A DNA stretch of 64,000 bases from a virus: positions 40,904-104,903 of the IMG/VR virus record IMGVR_UViG_3300021090_000723; one strand, written 5' to 3'. Shown here in pieces: positions 53,375 through 63,112 of this stretch (within the stretch, counting starts at the first letter, position 1; the number at the start of each line of letters is the position of its first letter). The notes beneath the pieces were generated by a model. That model did no database searches, was not told where the DNA came from, and was given only the letters and a program-made list of their open reading frames with translations. Position numbers and translations under genes: made by a program.

Positions 53375-53628
53375 GCACGAGCACCCGCGGATTCGCGTCG
53401 ATGGACCCAGTGAAGCAGCGTGCGATAGCCAGCAAGGGCGGCTCGAGTGTCGACCCGGCAAAGCGATCGTTCTCGCAAAGCAACGATCTCGCGAAGGCCG
53501 CCGGGCGGAAGGGCGGGGAGAACGTAGCGCCCGAGAGCCGGTCGTTCTCACAGGACCGGACGCTTGCCGCCAATGCCGGCCGCAAGGGCGGGCTCGCACG
53601 TGGCCGTCAGATCAAGGGCGAGCCATAG
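53371..53628 (+). CDS. KGG-repeat general stress protein
   Basis: RGFASMD..QRAIASKGG; RSFS..LA..AGRKGG twice. Confidence 0.88.
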   Translation: MSTSTRGFASMDPVKQRAIASKGGSSVDPAKRSFSQSNDLAKAAGRKGGENVAPESRSFSQDRTLAANAGRKGGLARGRQIKGEP

Positions 53629-53872
53629 GGGCCAACTCGGCGAGGATTTCCTGGGCCGAGCGCCCCTGCTTGAGCATGGCCCCGATCTTCGGCCCGAAGT
53701 TAACGTCCTTCTCGATCAGCGCGCGCAGCTGGCGCGCGGCGGTCGCCTCGCGGATCTCTTCGTTGATCTCGGTCCCTGATCTGGGCGCGATGAACGGCGC
53801 GCCAGCTGCCTTCGCCTGCTCATAGCCGAAGCCCATCCGGCCAGCGGCCGGTCCGTCTGCGTGTTTTGGCAT
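53612..53872 (-). CDS. Hypothetical protein
   Basis: GAGGG RBS. Confidence 0.5.
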   Translation of the reverse strand: MPKHADGPAAGRMGFGYEQAKAAGAPFIAPRSGTEINEEIREATAARQLRALIEKDVNFGPKIGAMLKQGRSAQEILAELAPMARP

Positions 53873-53963
53873 TGCCCTACCCTCGATTGACGCGACGGGT
53901 GACCCGCTGCCGGCTCTTCCCACCAGCTGCCCACGTGGCCGGGCCACCCGCGCTCAGATCATG

Positions 53964-54278
53964 TCAGTCGAACGTCACGCGATCAACGGTCTTTCCGGCC
54001 GCGTTCTCGACGTAGGCCGCGTAGTAGAAATCGACCTCTTTCGCGAAGCCTTCTGGCTTCGGCCTGTTGCGGTTGGCGATGTAGTAGGCGGAGTAAGCGT
54101 TCGGGCCGCCCGGCGGATGGGTGATGGCGACCTCCATGAGTTCTTGTGACCGGAGGGTGTGGACCGCGACCTCAGTCGCCTCAACAATAAATGTGGAGAA
54201 GCGCTTCAAAGTCGTCGGGCCGCCCGGGGCATCGGGAACATCTTCTACGCGCTCAAGCATAATCTTCACTGTCAACAT
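53964..54278 (-). CDS. Hypothetical protein
   Basis: AGGAG RBS; AYVEN..GKTV. Confidence 0.7.
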   Translation of the reverse strand: MLTVKIMLERVEDVPDAPGGPTTLKRFSTFIVEATEVAVHTLRSQELMEVAITHPPGGPNAYSAYYIANRNRPKPEGFAKEVDFYYAAYVENAAGKTVDRVTFD

Positions 54279-54328
54279 GGTGCTGCTCCTGTTTCTGTTT
54301 CTGCTGCTTCTGCTGCTTCTGCTGTGGT

Positions 54329-54405
54329 TGGTTGCGCAGGAGGGATTTGAACCCCCGACCTTCAGCTTATGAGGCTGACGAGCTACCGGGCTGCTCCACC
54401 GCGCC
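54329..54405 (-). tRNA. Initiator-like tRNA-Met(CAT)
   Basis: GAGCAGCCCGGTAGCTCGTC D arm; 1-72 mismatch; loop CTCATAA; CCA encoded. Confidence 0.88.
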
Positions 54406-54542
54406 ACCAGTCCCGCCACCCGCCCGACCCTTTCGGGTCGGGCTTCGTGGCGACTCGCGACCAAGAAGGTCTGTCCGTCCTACGCCAGGTCCCGGAGGAG
54501 CACTGATCCGGATAGCCTCGCCCACTGATTCGCGAACCCGGA

Positions 54543-54785
54543 TTATGCCACGCTTGGTGACGATGGGGTGGCGTCGTTGTGCTTCTTGCCCTTGTAGGCG
54601 GAGTTCGAGCGAATCCATTTGTGGAAGTGCGAGCCGATCGACTTCGCCTTCTTCAGTTCCTCGTACACCTGGACCGGGACGGGCGTGTATTCCCAGACCT
54701 CGCCGGACTGGAACTGGACGTAGAGCGTCTTGTCCTCGTGGGCCAGCGCCTTGATGTTCGTGGATTGGACTGGCTCGAGCTTCAT
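54543..54785 (-). CDS. KTSC domain protein
   Basis: V.S.NI.....L.V.F..G..Y..VP..VY..L..A.S.GS.F...IR. Confidence 0.88.
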   Translation of the reverse strand: MKLEPVQSTNIKALAHEDKTLYVQFQSGEVWEYTPVPVQVYEELKKAKSIGSHFHKWIRSNSAYKGKKHNDATPSSPSVA

Positions 54786-55006
54786 TGGCGCGGCGTTCCG
54801 TCTGGTTGGCGCGTGATGGCGACGTTCGCCCACATCGCGTTCGAGCGGTGGGCCCGCATGATGAAGGTCTTGTCGGGACCGTCGGGCAGTTCGGCATCGA
54901 GCACGTCGGCGTAGACCTTGGCCGCGGCTCGGACCTTGGCCATGCGCTCGACCTGTTCATCCGTTGGCTTCAGATACTCGAACGTCGATGGGTGCAGAAC
55001 CGTCAT
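54782..55006 (-). CDS. Acb2/Tad1-like hairpin protein (putative cyclic-nucleotide sponge)
   Basis: F.Y..PT..Q......R.AAK..A......P....K........MWAN.AI.R pattern. Confidence 0.6.
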   Translation of the reverse strand: MTVLHPSTFEYLKPTDEQVERMAKVRAAAKVYADVLDAELPDGPDKTFIMRAHRSNAMWANVAITRQPDGTPRQ

Positions 55007-55248
55007 GCCCGTCTCCTTGTGGTTAGGCCGCGCTCCGCGATATCGCAGAGCCGTTCGACCGCAGCGAATTCGATGGTCAGGCTGTTGGCGAGCGGGCTGT
55101 TGGCGAGCATCGAGTGCGCGATCCCGCCGTCGCGCGCGATCTGGATGGACTGACGCATGCGCTTGACGAACGCGGCATCGCCCTCCGGGACCAGGATCTC
55201 GACCTTGCCCACATCCCTAGCTTGCCGGTTTGCGTTGCGTGATGACAT
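55003..55248 (-). CDS. Hypothetical protein
   Basis: 81-aa ORF in the operon. Confidence 0.5.
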   Translation of the reverse strand: MSSRNANRQARDVGKVEILVPEGDAAFVKRMRQSIQIARDGGIAHSMLANSPLANSLTIEFAAVERLCDIAERGLTTRRRA

Positions 55249-55465
55249 CGGTGAGTTCGATATCGAGGGTCTTCGCGGCGAAGGCCATGTCGGCGGTGGT
55301 CATGAGCGACCAGTCGATGGCCCAGGTGTCGTCGTCCCACTGGATCAGGACGATCACGCCCTTCATCCGCGGGACTTTGTTGAGGGTGCGGTGCAGAACG
55401 ACATCAGGCGTCAGCTTCGTGCCGGGCAGGTGGACGAGCGGCGGATCGTAATCCCCCTCGGCCAC
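55217..55465 (-). CDS. Hypothetical protein
   Basis: 82-aa ORF in the operon. Confidence 0.6.
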   Translation of the reverse strand: MAEGDYDPPLVHLPGTKLTPDVVLHRTLNKVPRMKGVIVLIQWDDDTWAIDWSLMTTADMAFAAKTLDIELTDVITQRKPAS

Positions 55466-55466
55466 C

Positions 55467-55652
55467 CTAATAGTTCTTGCCTTTGCTATTCGCCACCTTG
55501 TTTTCCGTCGAGGCGACGGTGGCGCCGTTCGGGTTGTCTTTGCCGCTCACCTTGTCGCCGGTTGCCAAGCGGTGGTGCTGACGTAAGGGCCCGGTCTCGA
55601 CGTTGCCGCCGGCCTGGGAAAGATGATGCGACTGATTGGGTTCCTTGGCCAT
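55467..55652 (-). CDS. Small hydrophilic protein
   Basis: AGGAG RBS. Confidence 0.6.
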   Translation of the reverse strand: MAKEPNQSHHLSQAGGNVETGPLRQHHRLATGDKVSGKDNPNGATVASTENKVANSKGKNY

Positions 55653-56145
55653 GGCGTGGCTCCTGGGGGTTGGTTAGACGCTACCTACTGATGGGGTTCT
55701 CTTGCCCTTCGGCGACTCAAGTGTAGCAGAGTTTGCTGTGGCGGGCAGTGCCGCCGATTAGGGCATCCAAAGGGCTTAGTTTTGTGAGACCGAGAAGCGC
55801 CGGTCATCGCTCGCCACAGCGCTGGCATCAAACTCCGGCGTTCCAGCATTTGCAACGGTGCGCGGCGTTGATCCTGTGGAGAAAACCGGTACGGTCCTAA
55901 ACAATCCGATGGAGGAAGCAATGAAACGAGGTTCTGGCACCGGGAAAAAGCGCGGTAAATATCGTTCCAGTATTGCAAAAAAGAACGATGCGCAGCTGGT
56001 TCGTCAAGTGTTGGGTGACACGGCCCAGCGCAATCCTGGCGACCTTTTGTTCCGGCTGGCTATCGATGCCTTTGAGCGGCTATTCCCGTCGGGGGCCGGT
56101 GGCGACAGTGGCGAAGGCTAGCAACCAACGTATTCAGCAGGGGGT

Positions 56146-56556
56146 TCACTTGGGCGCTTGGTCGCGCTGGAGCACGAACCAGCCGCGTTCGAGGAAGCCG
56201 TGCCACCGGCATGGCGAGGTCTTCTGGATCGATGGCGCAAGCGTCGGGTTGACCTCATCGCCGTTCCAGGCCCACGACGGGCGGTCGGCGGTCCCCGGCC
56301 GGCGCACGGTGAGCGCGCCCATCGATCCGCAGCCGCATGGGCAGATGAACGTGAGGGCCGCGATCGGGCCCGTGCCTTCGGCGCCACCGTGATAGGCGGG
56401 GTTCCACTGCGCCGTGCCAGGCGGCAGGTCAGGGCGCATCCAGCGGCCAGCGCCGCCCTCGTGGCTCCGATAGCCCTTCTGGTCGGGCTCGTCCTCGTCC
56501 CAGATATCGAGGCCGGGCTGGAAGTTGATGCGCACGGGCTGCATTGTGGCGCTCAC
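56146..56556 (-). CDS. DUF6527-like Zn-binding protein
   Basis: FICPCGCG..W.WNG....PTL.PSI....C.WHGF...G. Confidence 0.78.
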   Translation of the reverse strand: MSATMQPVRINFQPGLDIWDEDEPDQKGYRSHEGGAGRWMRPDLPPGTAQWNPAYHGGAEGTGPIAALTFICPCGCGSMGALTVRRPGTADRPSWAWNGDEVNPTLAPSIQKTSPCRWHGFLERGWFVLQRDQAPK

Positions 56557-56870
56557 TTCTTCGGATCAGGCGGAATGTCTTCGCCGGTCCAGTCGGCAAG
56601 CTTCAGATGCACATGCCACTCGCAGCCCTTCGGGTCTTCGGGATAGGCCGTTCCCTTCTTGTGATAGAACGAGGCTGTCACCATTCCATCGGCGTGCACA
56701 TGATGGAGCCCGATACCGCTCACGGCCCCGCAATTACAACGGATCAGCGGCTTTACGGCTTTGCCGTTGCCGTCGACCGCCCTGAACCATCCTGGCTTTC
56801 CAACGACCGGATAGCCGTCCCACACACTGCCTTCGTGAGACAGCCGCGGGATCGTGATCGTTTCCGCCAT
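56553..56870 (-). CDS. Divergent DUF6527-like protein
   Basis: IRCNCG..H.V..DG.VT.S....C.WH. Confidence 0.55.
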   Translation of the reverse strand: MAETITIPRLSHEGSVWDGYPVVGKPGWFRAVDGNGKAVKPLIRCNCGAVSGIGLHHVHADGMVTASFYHKKGTAYPEDPKGCEWHVHLKLADWTGEDIPPDPKK

Positions 56871-56874
56871 GGCC

Positions 56875-57090
56875 CTACTTGATCGCGCCGTCTTTGGCGA
56901 TATCGGCGTCGGCCTGCTTCAGCACGGCGATGGCGGTGGGCACGTGGAAAGTCCACATGCGCCTGGGCTTCTCGATCGAGCCCTCAACTGGCGTGGGCGG
57001 CCACAGCGCATCGGGGTCCTGGCCCGAGGCCTTGCAGACGATCTTCGCGTAGCGCGCAACCCGAGGGGACATCACCACGCCTGCCATCAC
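56875..57090 (-). CDS. Hypothetical protein
   Basis: C...G.DPD motif. Confidence 0.6.
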   Translation of the reverse strand: MMAGVVMSPRVARYAKIVCKASGQDPDALWPPTPVEGSIEKPRRMWTFHVPTAIAVLKQADADIAKDGAIK

Positions 57091-59795
57091 TTGCTCGCTT
57101 TCTTAGCCGCCGGTTTCGGCTTGGGTTTGGCCTTCGCCACGGCAATGGCGGTGTCCTTGCTCGCTCGGCGATTGCCTTCGGCGGTGTATTCCACCTGCAT
57201 GCGGTTACCCCGGGCGATCCCTTCCTGGGCCTGGCGGTCACCCTCGGCGGTCTCTTCCTTGGCGTCGGCCTGGATCAGGGTCGTGGTGAGCTTGTTCTCA
57301 TTGCCCTCACGCGCTTTGAGCAGTTCGGCAGCGGTCTTCTCGCGCTGGACGGCGGCTGCGGTGTCGATCTGCTTGTCCTTGAGCCCGGCGTCGGCCTGGT
57401 CCTTCGTGCCCTTGCGCTCCAGTTCCTTGGCCGCGAGTTCGGCCTTGGTCGCGTCGTCGGCCGCCTTGCGCTGGGTTTCCTCGGAGGCAGCTTTTGCGGC
57501 GGCCTGGGCGGGGTCCATCGGTGGGGGTGGCATCATGGCTTGCAGGGCCTGCATGCCCTTCTGGAGCAGCGGCAGGGCCTTCTCGAACGTGATGCTGATG
57601 CCCGGGACCAGCCGCATCGAGGCCATCGCCAGCACCTGGTCGAAGGCCTGCTTGACGTCGTCTTCCTGGCTATAGAGCTCGTGTGCCGGCGTCTCGGCGG
57701 CGTCGGAGACGAAATTGTTGATGATCGTGACGTAGTGATAGACCATGTGCTCCGCGCAGTGCTGCAAGAGGCCGGGCAAAAACTTCTGTTGCAGGATCGG
57801 GTTACCGCCAAGCGCGGGCGATTGGGCGAAGTCCAGGTGCGATTGCAGGTGCGCGAGGTGGTCCTGGTTGGCGAACACGACCACGGGACGCCCAAAGGCC
57901 ATGGCGACGTTCTCGTTGACCGAGTTCAGTTCGGCCGGCTTCTGCTCCGCGACCAGGAGCGCTTCCATGTCCGGCACCTTCATGAGCTTCAGGAAGCGCC
58001 GTTCAACCTCGCGGTCGTTGTAGAGGGCGATGCCCAGCTGCTTGAGGGTCAGCTGGCGCTGTTGGATCGCGCCGATCTGCTCGAAGCGCTGGCGGTCGGA
58101 GTAGATCGTGGGGTCCGAGGTCGGCTGGACGTCGGACTGGCCCTCGAAGTCGCGGCGCATGATGAGGGTTTCTTTGCCCTCCAGATCCACGCGCTGCACT
58201 TCGGGCAGGTAGAGGCGATTCAGCCGGTGCAGGCCCTGAAGCAGGCGATTGAACGCCGTGTGGGTGCGGCCGTGGATGGACGAGAAGACCGTCAAGCCCT
58301 CCTCGACGCGCGATAGCTGCGTGCCGACGGGGGTCTGCGGGTTCGGGCGGTCGGACGGGGTTTCGTCCAGGGTGGTGCGCACCACGCCCTTGGACGACTC
58401 GACCAGCGCGCCGAGCAGCTGGAAGAGCACGGTCGAGGGCTCTTTGGTGTTGAAGGGCATGACCGCATCGCGGATGTCCTTCGTCTCCATCCCGGTGTCG
58501 ATCTCGATCAGTTCGCCCGGCATGGGCTTCTTGTTCTGACCCGAAACGCCCGCGCCTTTCTTGATGTAGCCGCCCTGGACGTTCGCGATGTGCGCGGAAT
58601 CGAGCAACGCGCGCAGCGCGCCGGTCGATGCACCCGAGAGACCGCCGATGATCTGGCAGAAGCCGATCGACATGGCCCCGCGCCACGGGATCATCGGGAA
58701 TTCGAAGTAGTGCTCGATGGGCTCGCGCGCTTCGTCTTCCTGCTCCCAGTCCCGATACATCGAGAGCACGCGCTTGGACGAGGCATCGATCGCGATCAGG
58801 TAGGGATAGAGCTTGCCCGATTCCTCGTGCTCGAGGTGCTGGACCATTTCATCGGACACTTCGAGGTACGTCATCGTCTCGTAGATGTCGCGCTCGCCGT
58901 CGATGTTGGTGCCCGTGCCCTCTTTGCCCTCGACCTTGTCGGTTGCCTGCTGGGCCTTGCTCTTCTCCGGGTCCATTGCCGGCGGCGGGACGCGCTCGGT
59001 CCGGTACTGCCCCGATTCCACCCGCTGGAGGTATTCGACCTGGGTGATGGTCTCGCAGAAGGTGCGCCGGGTCGCCTCCTGCATGCTGTCGGCCGCCGCC
59101 TGGAGAAAGACCTTGTCGACGGCCACGAACTGCATGCGCGGCCGCCCAAGCCGGTGGTCCTGCCACAGCTTGATGAATTGGGAGCCGCCCAACATGACCT
59201 GGGTGAGCGTCTTCTCGACGGTGTCGAATCCCTCCTTGATGAGCGTGGTCAGCTGGAGGTTCATGTAGGCGGTCTTGCGGTCGGCGCGCGCCTGCTTCTC
59301 CGCCGTGACCTCGCCGATGACCTTGGGTTTGACGGGCCCGGATGGCGGCCATAGCTCCTTCATGAGCCGCGCTTCGCCGTCGATGCAGGCTTCCGTCAGT
59401 CCGGGGTGCACCACCTTGCTCGCGCCTTGGAACGAGGCGCCGCCTGGCGCGTCGTTGCCCAGGCCCGTGCGGCGAATCCCCTCCTCGTACTGCTCGTCCC
59501 GCTTCGAGCGCGCCTGCTTGTCCTCATCGATCTTCATCAGCAGATCGGAGGCGATGCGCTGGAGCTCGACCTCGGGGATCACGTCATCGGCCAGGTTCTC
59601 GAAGAATTCGCCGGTGCCGCGCTGGGGCTCCTCTTCCTCGCCGCCCATGTCGACCAGGAGCGAGCCGTCCTCGCCGATCTCCCCGCGGAGCATCTGGGGG
59701 TCGTCATCGATCTCGAAATACTCGGTGATGTCGAGGTCTTCGGCCCCTGCTGACGGAAGTAGGCGCTGCGCGGCGCTGACGGCCATGTTGTCCAC
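57087..59795 (-). CDS. Portal protein
   Basis: F.GAS.V.HP.L.EA; GPVK..VIG; LR.LLDS....N..G; PS.VLFQLLG; PVGT. Confidence 0.88.
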   Translation of the reverse strand: MDNMAVSAAQRLLPSAGAEDLDITEYFEIDDDPQMLRGEIGEDGSLLVDMGGEEEEPQRGTGEFFENLADDVIPEVELQRIASDLLMKIDEDKQARSKRDEQYEEGIRRTGLGNDAPGGASFQGASKVVHPGLTEACIDGEARLMKELWPPSGPVKPKVIGEVTAEKQARADRKTAYMNLQLTTLIKEGFDTVEKTLTQVMLGGSQFIKLWQDHRLGRPRMQFVAVDKVFLQAAADSMQEATRRTFCETITQVEYLQRVESGQYRTERVPPPAMDPEKSKAQQATDKVEGKEGTGTNIDGERDIYETMTYLEVSDEMVQHLEHEESGKLYPYLIAIDASSKRVLSMYRDWEQEDEAREPIEHYFEFPMIPWRGAMSIGFCQIIGGLSGASTGALRALLDSAHIANVQGGYIKKGAGVSGQNKKPMPGELIEIDTGMETKDIRDAVMPFNTKEPSTVLFQLLGALVESSKGVVRTTLDETPSDRPNPQTPVGTQLSRVEEGLTVFSSIHGRTHTAFNRLLQGLHRLNRLYLPEVQRVDLEGKETLIMRRDFEGQSDVQPTSDPTIYSDRQRFEQIGAIQQRQLTLKQLGIALYNDREVERRFLKLMKVPDMEALLVAEQKPAELNSVNENVAMAFGRPVVVFANQDHLAHLQSHLDFAQSPALGGNPILQQKFLPGLLQHCAEHMVYHYVTIINNFVSDAAETPAHELYSQEDDVKQAFDQVLAMASMRLVPGISITFEKALPLLQKGMQALQAMMPPPPMDPAQAAAKAASEETQRKAADDATKAELAAKELERKGTKDQADAGLKDKQIDTAAAVQREKTAAELLKAREGNENKLTTTLIQADAKEETAEGDRQAQEGIARGNRMQVEYTAEGNRRASKDTAIAVAKAKPKPKPAAKKASK

Positions 59796-60049
59796 CCTTT
59801 GAGAACGTCAGGGCAGCACCCGATTCCGGCGCACCGCTATAGCGTCAGAATTATCATGGACGGCCAGAAACGCGAAAGGGCCCGGCTTGCACCCGGACCC
59901 TTGCACGTGTTCAACCATCAACCACCATAGAAGGACGATCACCATACGCCGATTCGCGGGGGACCCAAACGCCAAAGGGCCCCGGGTTTGAAACCGGAGC
60001 CCTTCAACGTGGATAGAGCGCTTTGAACCGTACCCGTAGAAGACGCACC

Positions 60050-60214
60050 CTAGACTGATTCGCGCTCTTCGTCCTGGCCGCGTCGCCATTCCATGCGCAG
60101 CGCCTGGCGCCGGAACGGGTTGGTGAACTGGCCGTCGCGATAGTCGTGGACGCCGCGCCAATAGGCGAGTGAGGGCGGGCGCTTCACGGCGTTGTAGTTG
60201 GTCTGGCGGGTCAT
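60050..60214 (-). CDS. Rmf/CrpP-fold-like small protein
   Basis: AY.RG..D...G...NPF......W.RG. Confidence 0.5.
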   Translation of the reverse strand: MTRQTNYNAVKRPPSLAYWRGVHDYRDGQFTNPFRRQALRMEWRRGQDEERESV

Positions 60215-60456
60215 CGGGTGACGTACCACACGCCGATCAGGATGCCGCCAAGGCCCGGGAAGGGCGCCGGCAAGCCAGCGATCGTGCAGAACACAGCCCA
60301 CACGGCGGTAAGCAGGACCAGACCGGCGAGCCATTTCGTGCCGCGCACCGTGCTGCGCACTGCCCTGCGCCAAAGCGGCGGCGGTGGCGGCTCGGGCGCA
60401 AAGCTGCCGTACATCTTGCGCGGGTCGACGTAGCCGCGGTCGAAGTGCTCGCTCAC
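60211..60456 (-). CDS. Small two-TM protein
   Basis: Hydrophobic C-terminal half. Confidence 0.6.
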   Translation of the reverse strand: MSEHFDRGYVDPRKMYGSFAPEPPPPPLWRRAVRSTVRGTKWLAGLVLLTAVWAVFCTIAGLPAPFPGLGGILIGVWYVTR

Positions 60457-60694
60457 CAGTCGCGGTCCTCTCTCATGAGCTTCAACCCTTCGTTCTGGGC
60501 GCGGAACGCGACGATGCCCCGCATGTCGACCTCAGACTGACCGGGCGGGATGGTGAAGTCATCGAGCCCGCCATGACAACGTACCACGACCCGCGTTTCT
60601 CCGGTGTAGAGATCCTGCTGGATCGAGGCTTTGAGCGCTGGCGCCTGGCAGATCGCGCAAAAGACGATCTGCGCAGGGCCAACCCGACTGAGGC

Positions 60695-62014
60695 TCACCG
60701 CGCCGCCAACGCACGGCCAGACGGTATGGACATATCCAGCGTGAGGTCTTTTGCGGCCTTCACGGCGAACATTTCCATCAACTGCTGGGCACCGGATGCC
60801 GAAGTCCCGCCGCCACCGTTGCCCGCCATAACCACGCTCGGCACCCACGAGCCCTGATGTGCACCAATCGCGGCCGCGTAGGCCTGGTTCACCTTCAGGT
60901 ACGTGTCGAGCTTCTGGGTCAGGGCGCCGTCGGCATTGAGGGTCAGCCGCTTGCGCTCCGCCTCGCCCTCGCCGATCAGGATCTGCTCGGCCTTGTAGAA
61001 CCCGGCCGCCTCCTGGTTCAGCTTGGCCACGTCACGCGCCCGCTGCGCGCCCAGCACCGCCACGTCTCGCTCGCGCTCCGCCTGCACCACGGCGGTGGCC
61101 GCGACCGCTGAAGCCTCGGCCCTGGCCGTCGCGGCCTTGGCTTCGCCCTGCGCCTTCGCCGTGATGGAAGCCTGCTCGGCCTGCTTCGTGGCCGCCTGTG
61201 CCGTCTGCACGGCTAGGATCGCGTCACGTTGGGCCGCGATCTGCTTCTCGACCTCATCATCGTAATCGATCCCCGTCAGGGTCGCGATCGGAAGGACGAT
61301 GCCGTAACGCTGGAACGGCGACGGCCCTATGCGGGTCGGACCGCCCGGTCCCATGATGATGTCCACCTTCGAGATCGTCTTCTCCTCGCCCGTGATGGGA
61401 TCGGGCTCCCGGACCTGGATCGTCCGGGTCTGGTAAGGGCCGTTGCGCAGCTGGTCCGCGAAGACCTCCACGAACTCCGTGCGGCGCGCGGCGTAGCTCT
61501 CCGTGGACGACATCAGAGGCGCTGTGCGGATGGCGAGCATGTCCACGATGGCCGGGGTGACCAGCTGGCGCTGGATGGCCTCAGCCGACCGGAAGTCCCT
61601 GTGGAGTTCGATCACCGCGGTGGGGCCGACGGGCATTTCCCAGGATATCTGCCCGGAGACCCAGGCGTAACCGCCGTCGTTGTACCGGACCCTGATGGAG
61701 GTGTCGGGGACCTCCTGCTTCATTTCCGCTGGCGTCGGCCGGTGGAACACCACCTGCAAACGCCGTGGATACGTCGTAATCGTCCCCCAGCACTGGCACA
61801 TCGGACCAGGTTGAGACACGACCGTGAGCGACCCGTCCATGACGGACTGGCGCACGACGATCTCGCCGGCATCCACCCACGCGAAGGTGTTACCGACAGC
61901 GATGAACCCGAAGATGACGGCGACGACCGCGCCACCGATCATGGCGTAGCGCTTGACCTTCTTGAAGGTGTCGCCGAAGGAGAGGTCTTCCCGATCCTCG
62001 AAGTTATTGCGCAT
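60695..62014 (-). CDS. SPFH/band-7 family membrane protein
   Basis: N-terminal TM, SPFH core, Ala/Glu coiled coil, GEGEA.RK.L...ADGAL.QKL. Confidence 0.85.
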   Translation of the reverse strand: MRNNFEDREDLSFGDTFKKVKRYAMIGGAVVAVIFGFIAVGNTFAWVDAGEIVVRQSVMDGSLTVVSQPGPMCQCWGTITTYPRRLQVVFHRPTPAEMKQEVPDTSIRVRYNDGGYAWVSGQISWEMPVGPTAVIELHRDFRSAEAIQRQLVTPAIVDMLAIRTAPLMSSTESYAARRTEFVEVFADQLRNGPYQTRTIQVREPDPITGEEKTISKVDIIMGPGGPTRIGPSPFQRYGIVLPIATLTGIDYDDEVEKQIAAQRDAILAVQTAQAATKQAEQASITAKAQGEAKAATARAEASAVAATAVVQAERERDVAVLGAQRARDVAKLNQEAAGFYKAEQILIGEGEAERKRLTLNADGALTQKLDTYLKVNQAYAAAIGAHQGSWVPSVVMAGNGGGGTSASGAQQLMEMFAVKAAKDLTLDMSIPSGRALAAR

Positions 62015-62165
62015 CGGTGCCACCCCCCTTCTTGTCCTTGACGCCACGGAACAGGGGGAAGAGTTCGCCCCCCGTGGCCAGAGGCCAGATGACTTCTTTG
62101 ACAACCAGGATGACGAAGACCGCCGCTGCGGCAAGCTCCGCCAGATAGAGTAAACCACGGAACAT
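62004..62165 (-). CDS. Small TM protein upstream of SPFH (MFRGLLYLAEL...)
   Basis: GGAGG RBS; 53 aa; one TM segment. Confidence 0.6.
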   Translation of the reverse strand: MFRGLLYLAELAAAAVFVILVVKEVIWPLATGGELFPLFRGVKDKKGGGTDAQ

Positions 62166-62246
62166 TTGAGCACCCTCCTATCGGGATTCTCCGCAACACG
62201 GTGAGCGGTGGTCGGCGCGGAGGAATCCGCCACCAGAAAAATGGGG

Positions 62247-62477
62247 CTAAGCCTCGGCGATAGCCTTCAGGGCCGCCTTGGTCTCGGGGAAGTCGGGGTA
62301 CGGGAGCCGCGCGCCGCCGTCGGCCTCCATCGACTCCAGCAGACGGAGCGCCCGGGTGCACGTGGCAACCAGGTGATCCTGCACATCGGAGAGGATGCGG
62401 TTGCGCTTCTTGAGGCGTGCCTCGCGCTCAGTCTCGGGCGCCGGCGCCTTGACCTTCGTCTTTCGTTTCTTCGTCAT
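62247..62477 (-). CDS. Hypothetical protein
   Basis: Basic N-terminus; AALKAIA end. Confidence 0.55.
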   Translation of the reverse strand: MTKKRKTKVKAPAPETEREARLKKRNRILSDVQDHLVATCTRALRLLESMEADGGARLPYPDFPETKAALKAIAEA

Positions 62478-62553
62478 CGACGGTGCCTGTGGTGTCTGCA
62501 CAGGGCGCTGAGGATCAGCACCAAGAATTGAGCCCAGTATGGCAACCGCTGGT

Positions 62554-62760
62554 TCATGGGGTGACCTCCTGTTGCTTTTCCAGGCATACCACGATTCCCT
62601 CGGTCGTGAAGGGCCCGCCGTAGGCGCATTTGCCGGTCACGGCCACCAGGCACTTGCGGCACATGCCGCAGCAGGCGGGGTTGTTGAGCACCACGCGCTG
62701 GCCGTAGCGATCGATGAAGGAGATCCGGCTGTCCGTCGTGATTGGCTCAGACGGCATCAA
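62554..62760 (-). CDS. Small Cys-rich protein
   Basis: CCGMCRKC..C.YGGPF. Confidence 0.55.
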   Translation of the reverse strand: MMPSEPITTDSRISFIDRYGQRVVLNNPACCGMCRKCLVAVTGKCAYGGPFTTEGIVVCLEKQQEVTP

Positions 62761-62893
62761 CCGCCCCCATTCATGGCCTTCAGGATGGCGGCAAGGCCGA
62801 GCAGCCCGAGGGCGGCGAGCGCCACGCAGGCGAGGATGATCTCCAGGGGACTGGGCGGCTCTTTGTCGTCGGGGTAGGTGCCAGGCTTGCGCG

Positions 62894-63112
62894 TCATGGC
62901 TTCACCTCGCGAGGCGGCATGCCCAGGCGCTCGCGGAGGATCGTGTTCTCGTCTTCGAGCAGCTTGATGATGCCCAGCGCGACGTTCACGCCGCTGAACG
63001 GGCCGTGCGACATGCCGGTTACCGCGCGGTCGGGATGGTCGAGGCAGGCCTTGTGGGCGGCATCGAGCGCCGCGCTGGCCTTCTGGTAGAGCGGGCCTTG
63101 GGTGTTACTCAT
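62894..63112 (-). CDS. Hypothetical protein
   Basis: 72-aa ORF. Confidence 0.55.
   Translation of the reverse strand: MSNTQGPLYQKASAALDAAHKACLDHPDRAVTGMSHGPFSGVNVALGIIKLLEDENTILRERLGMPPREVKP

Noticed and set aside
55741-55760. Sixth copy of the late 5' hairpin motif
   Set aside because: The 3' arm does not pair and there is no matching -10.
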